A stretch of DNA of 63,887 nucleotides, counting the filler, from Ferroacidibacillus organovorans (GTDB lineage: Bacteria; Bacillota; Bacilli; Alicyclobacillales; SLC66), in assembly GCF_001642725.1 (NCBI RefSeq). It is 3 parts of 3 records of this genome, joined end to end, with 100 filler letters (N's around TTAATTAATTAA, not from the genome) between each part and the next. Parts side by side here need not be neighbours in the genome. Positions count along the whole stretch, not along the records: positions 45,798 to 63,887 come from NZ_LSUQ01000051.1; 2 more parts are not named here. One strand, written 5' to 3'. The position numbers and the translations under genes are program-made. The notes beneath the pieces were generated by a model, which ran no database searches, was not told the DNA's origin, and saw nothing but the letters and a program-made list of their open reading frames with translations. The stretch's first letter is position 1; each line of letters begins with the position of its first letter. Positions 62,611 through 63,887 of this stretch are shown piece after piece.

Positions 62611-63887
62611 GGAATGTAGTACACCTCCACCTCATCGCCCTGCGCAATCGGAGAAGTGAACTCGGCTTCTTCTCCGTTAATTTTCATGATCAGCCGTTCA
62701 CGGCCGTGCACGCCTGCCCGAAGCGTTTCGGATAGGAGGAGTACCATTGTGCTCATCGTGGGCCCTGTTTCGAGACGGCCTTCCGTAGTGATGACGTCGC
62801 CTTGTTCAAGCGTGTCCTTCAGCTCACACGGTGCGCCGTTTCTTAGGATTCGCTCGATCATCGGAATTTCTCGCTTTATCCCGTTTACAAGCACTGTCAT
62901 GCATTCCCCCGCGCGATATAAAGCGGCTTTTAGCGCGTCAATGACGGTAGGTGGTGCGGTTGCGGCGCCTTTTAGCGAGAAGGAGAGTCCCTCCACAATC
63001 GGCTCATCCCAGGAAAAAAAAGGTTCAATGAGCATGGTTTGCCACTGTAATTCAAGGGGTTTTTCATCGACGACAACAGCGATTCGCTCGACGACGTTGC
63101 GACCGATAATCGACTCGATCCACTCGCCAATCGTTGGCCATTGGGTCACGATGACGTCGCGGTCGCTGAGTTTACTGTGTAGTGTGGCAACACGATCATT
63201 CTTTAAGATTCGCGGCGACACGCGTTGGACGGTTCCATTCACCGTTATCGAGAGTGGTTTTACTGTCAACACGGACGCAATCGTTCCGATTGCGTCCTTT
63301 CCGTCTTCGCCGACGGCGACGCTAATCGTGTCACCTGCGTCAAGTGTGTCATCAAGCAGACACGGGAGTCCATTTTTTTGCACGACACCCTGCGTTCCAG
63401 TCGTCCCAGGAATGGAGCGAATCTCTTGATTCACTTCAACGACAAGCGCATTCCCTGTGCGCGCCCGCAAGCGTCGCAGATCGAGACCACACTCGGAAAG
63501 TGCGTCACCTACGGTCATGAGCCGCATGGCAAAGAGGCGGTGGCTGCGGCCGTCAAAGCGCACGGTGACGGGTGTAATCTCCGAGTTTTCAGCGGTGAGC
63601 GCGATACCGATGGGCGTGACGGATTCCGGCCCAAATAACGTTTCCACACAGCCTTTGGCCTGATGAATTGAGACGCGGTCGCGCACGCGGATGCGATCGA
63701 GTGGAAGTCCGAGTTTGTCGGATAGCTCTTTTTCGAGAAAAGGTGTTTTTGCGCCGCCGCCGATCAACATGAGTGCGTCAGGCGCTTTCTCGTTGAGGCG
63801 AACGAGTTCATCGGCGATTTTTTGCGCAAGATCAGATACGGCAGGGCGCAGCGTCGCCAACAACTTTTTACAGGAGAGGTGACGCAC
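62601..63887 (-). CDS. FtsA/PilM-like actin-fold protein with C-terminal ubiquitin-like repeats (5'-truncated)
   Basis: LIGGGAKTP and VTPIGIA actin-fold motifs, repeated VNG...L..GD.I units. Confidence 0.7.
   Translation of the reverse strand: MRHLSCKKLLATLRPAVSDLAQKIADELVRLNEKAPDALMLIGGGAKTPFLEKELSDKLGLPLDRIRVRDRVSIHQAKGCVETLFGPESVTPIGIALTAENSEITPVTVRFDGRSHRLFAMRLMTVGDALSECGLDLRRLRARTGNALVVEVNQEIRSIPGTTGTQGVVQKNGLPCLLDDTLDAGDTISVAVGEDGKDAIGTIASVLTVKPLSITVNGTVQRVSPRILKNDRVATLHSKLSDRDVIVTQWPTIGEWIESIIGRNVVERIAVVVDEKPLELQWQTMLIEPFFSWDEPIVEGLSFSLKGAATAPPTVIDALKAALYRAGECMTVLVNGIKREIPMIERILRNGAPCELKDTLEQGDVITTEGRLETGPTMSTMVLLLSETLRAGVHGRERLIMKINGEEAEFTSPIAQGDEVEVYYIPWN

Overview
Spore-forming Bacillota DNA (gene content suggests an acidophilic Alicyclobacillaceae-like organism; inference). 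The window is three contigs joined by artificial 100-bp N/TTAATTAATTAA linkers (23180-23279, 45698-45797). Most of it is housekeeping: thiC with a TPP riboswitch, a B12-riboswitch cob operon, purU, marR-murI-rph-rdgB-tig-clpP-clpX-lonB-lonA, lutABC, glnS, fatty-acid catabolism, ppa and ABC transporters. The striking content is site-specific recombination. (1) An orphan 3' fragment of the mother-cell regulator gerE (10510-10596) sits at its native locus beside a large serine recombinase and a small candidate directionality factor. gerE therefore looks split by an intervening element whose visible cargo is cob/thiC/arsC rather than phage genes. (2) A Gly/Tyr/Trp-rich spore-coat-like gene (from 37724) appears interrupted at about 38040 by an island with three large serine recombinases, an XRE regulator and two unannotated ~55-aa ORFs, one behind a consensus sigma-K promoter. 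(3) Inside that island a PD-(D/E)XK nuclease gene is bracketed by two 26-bp sites (TT-N7-CGGG-N11-AA) whose arms become palindromic only after an in-silico crossover, the signature of an integron-like single-gene cassette. A c-di-GMP-I riboswitch precedes an unknown secreted protein.
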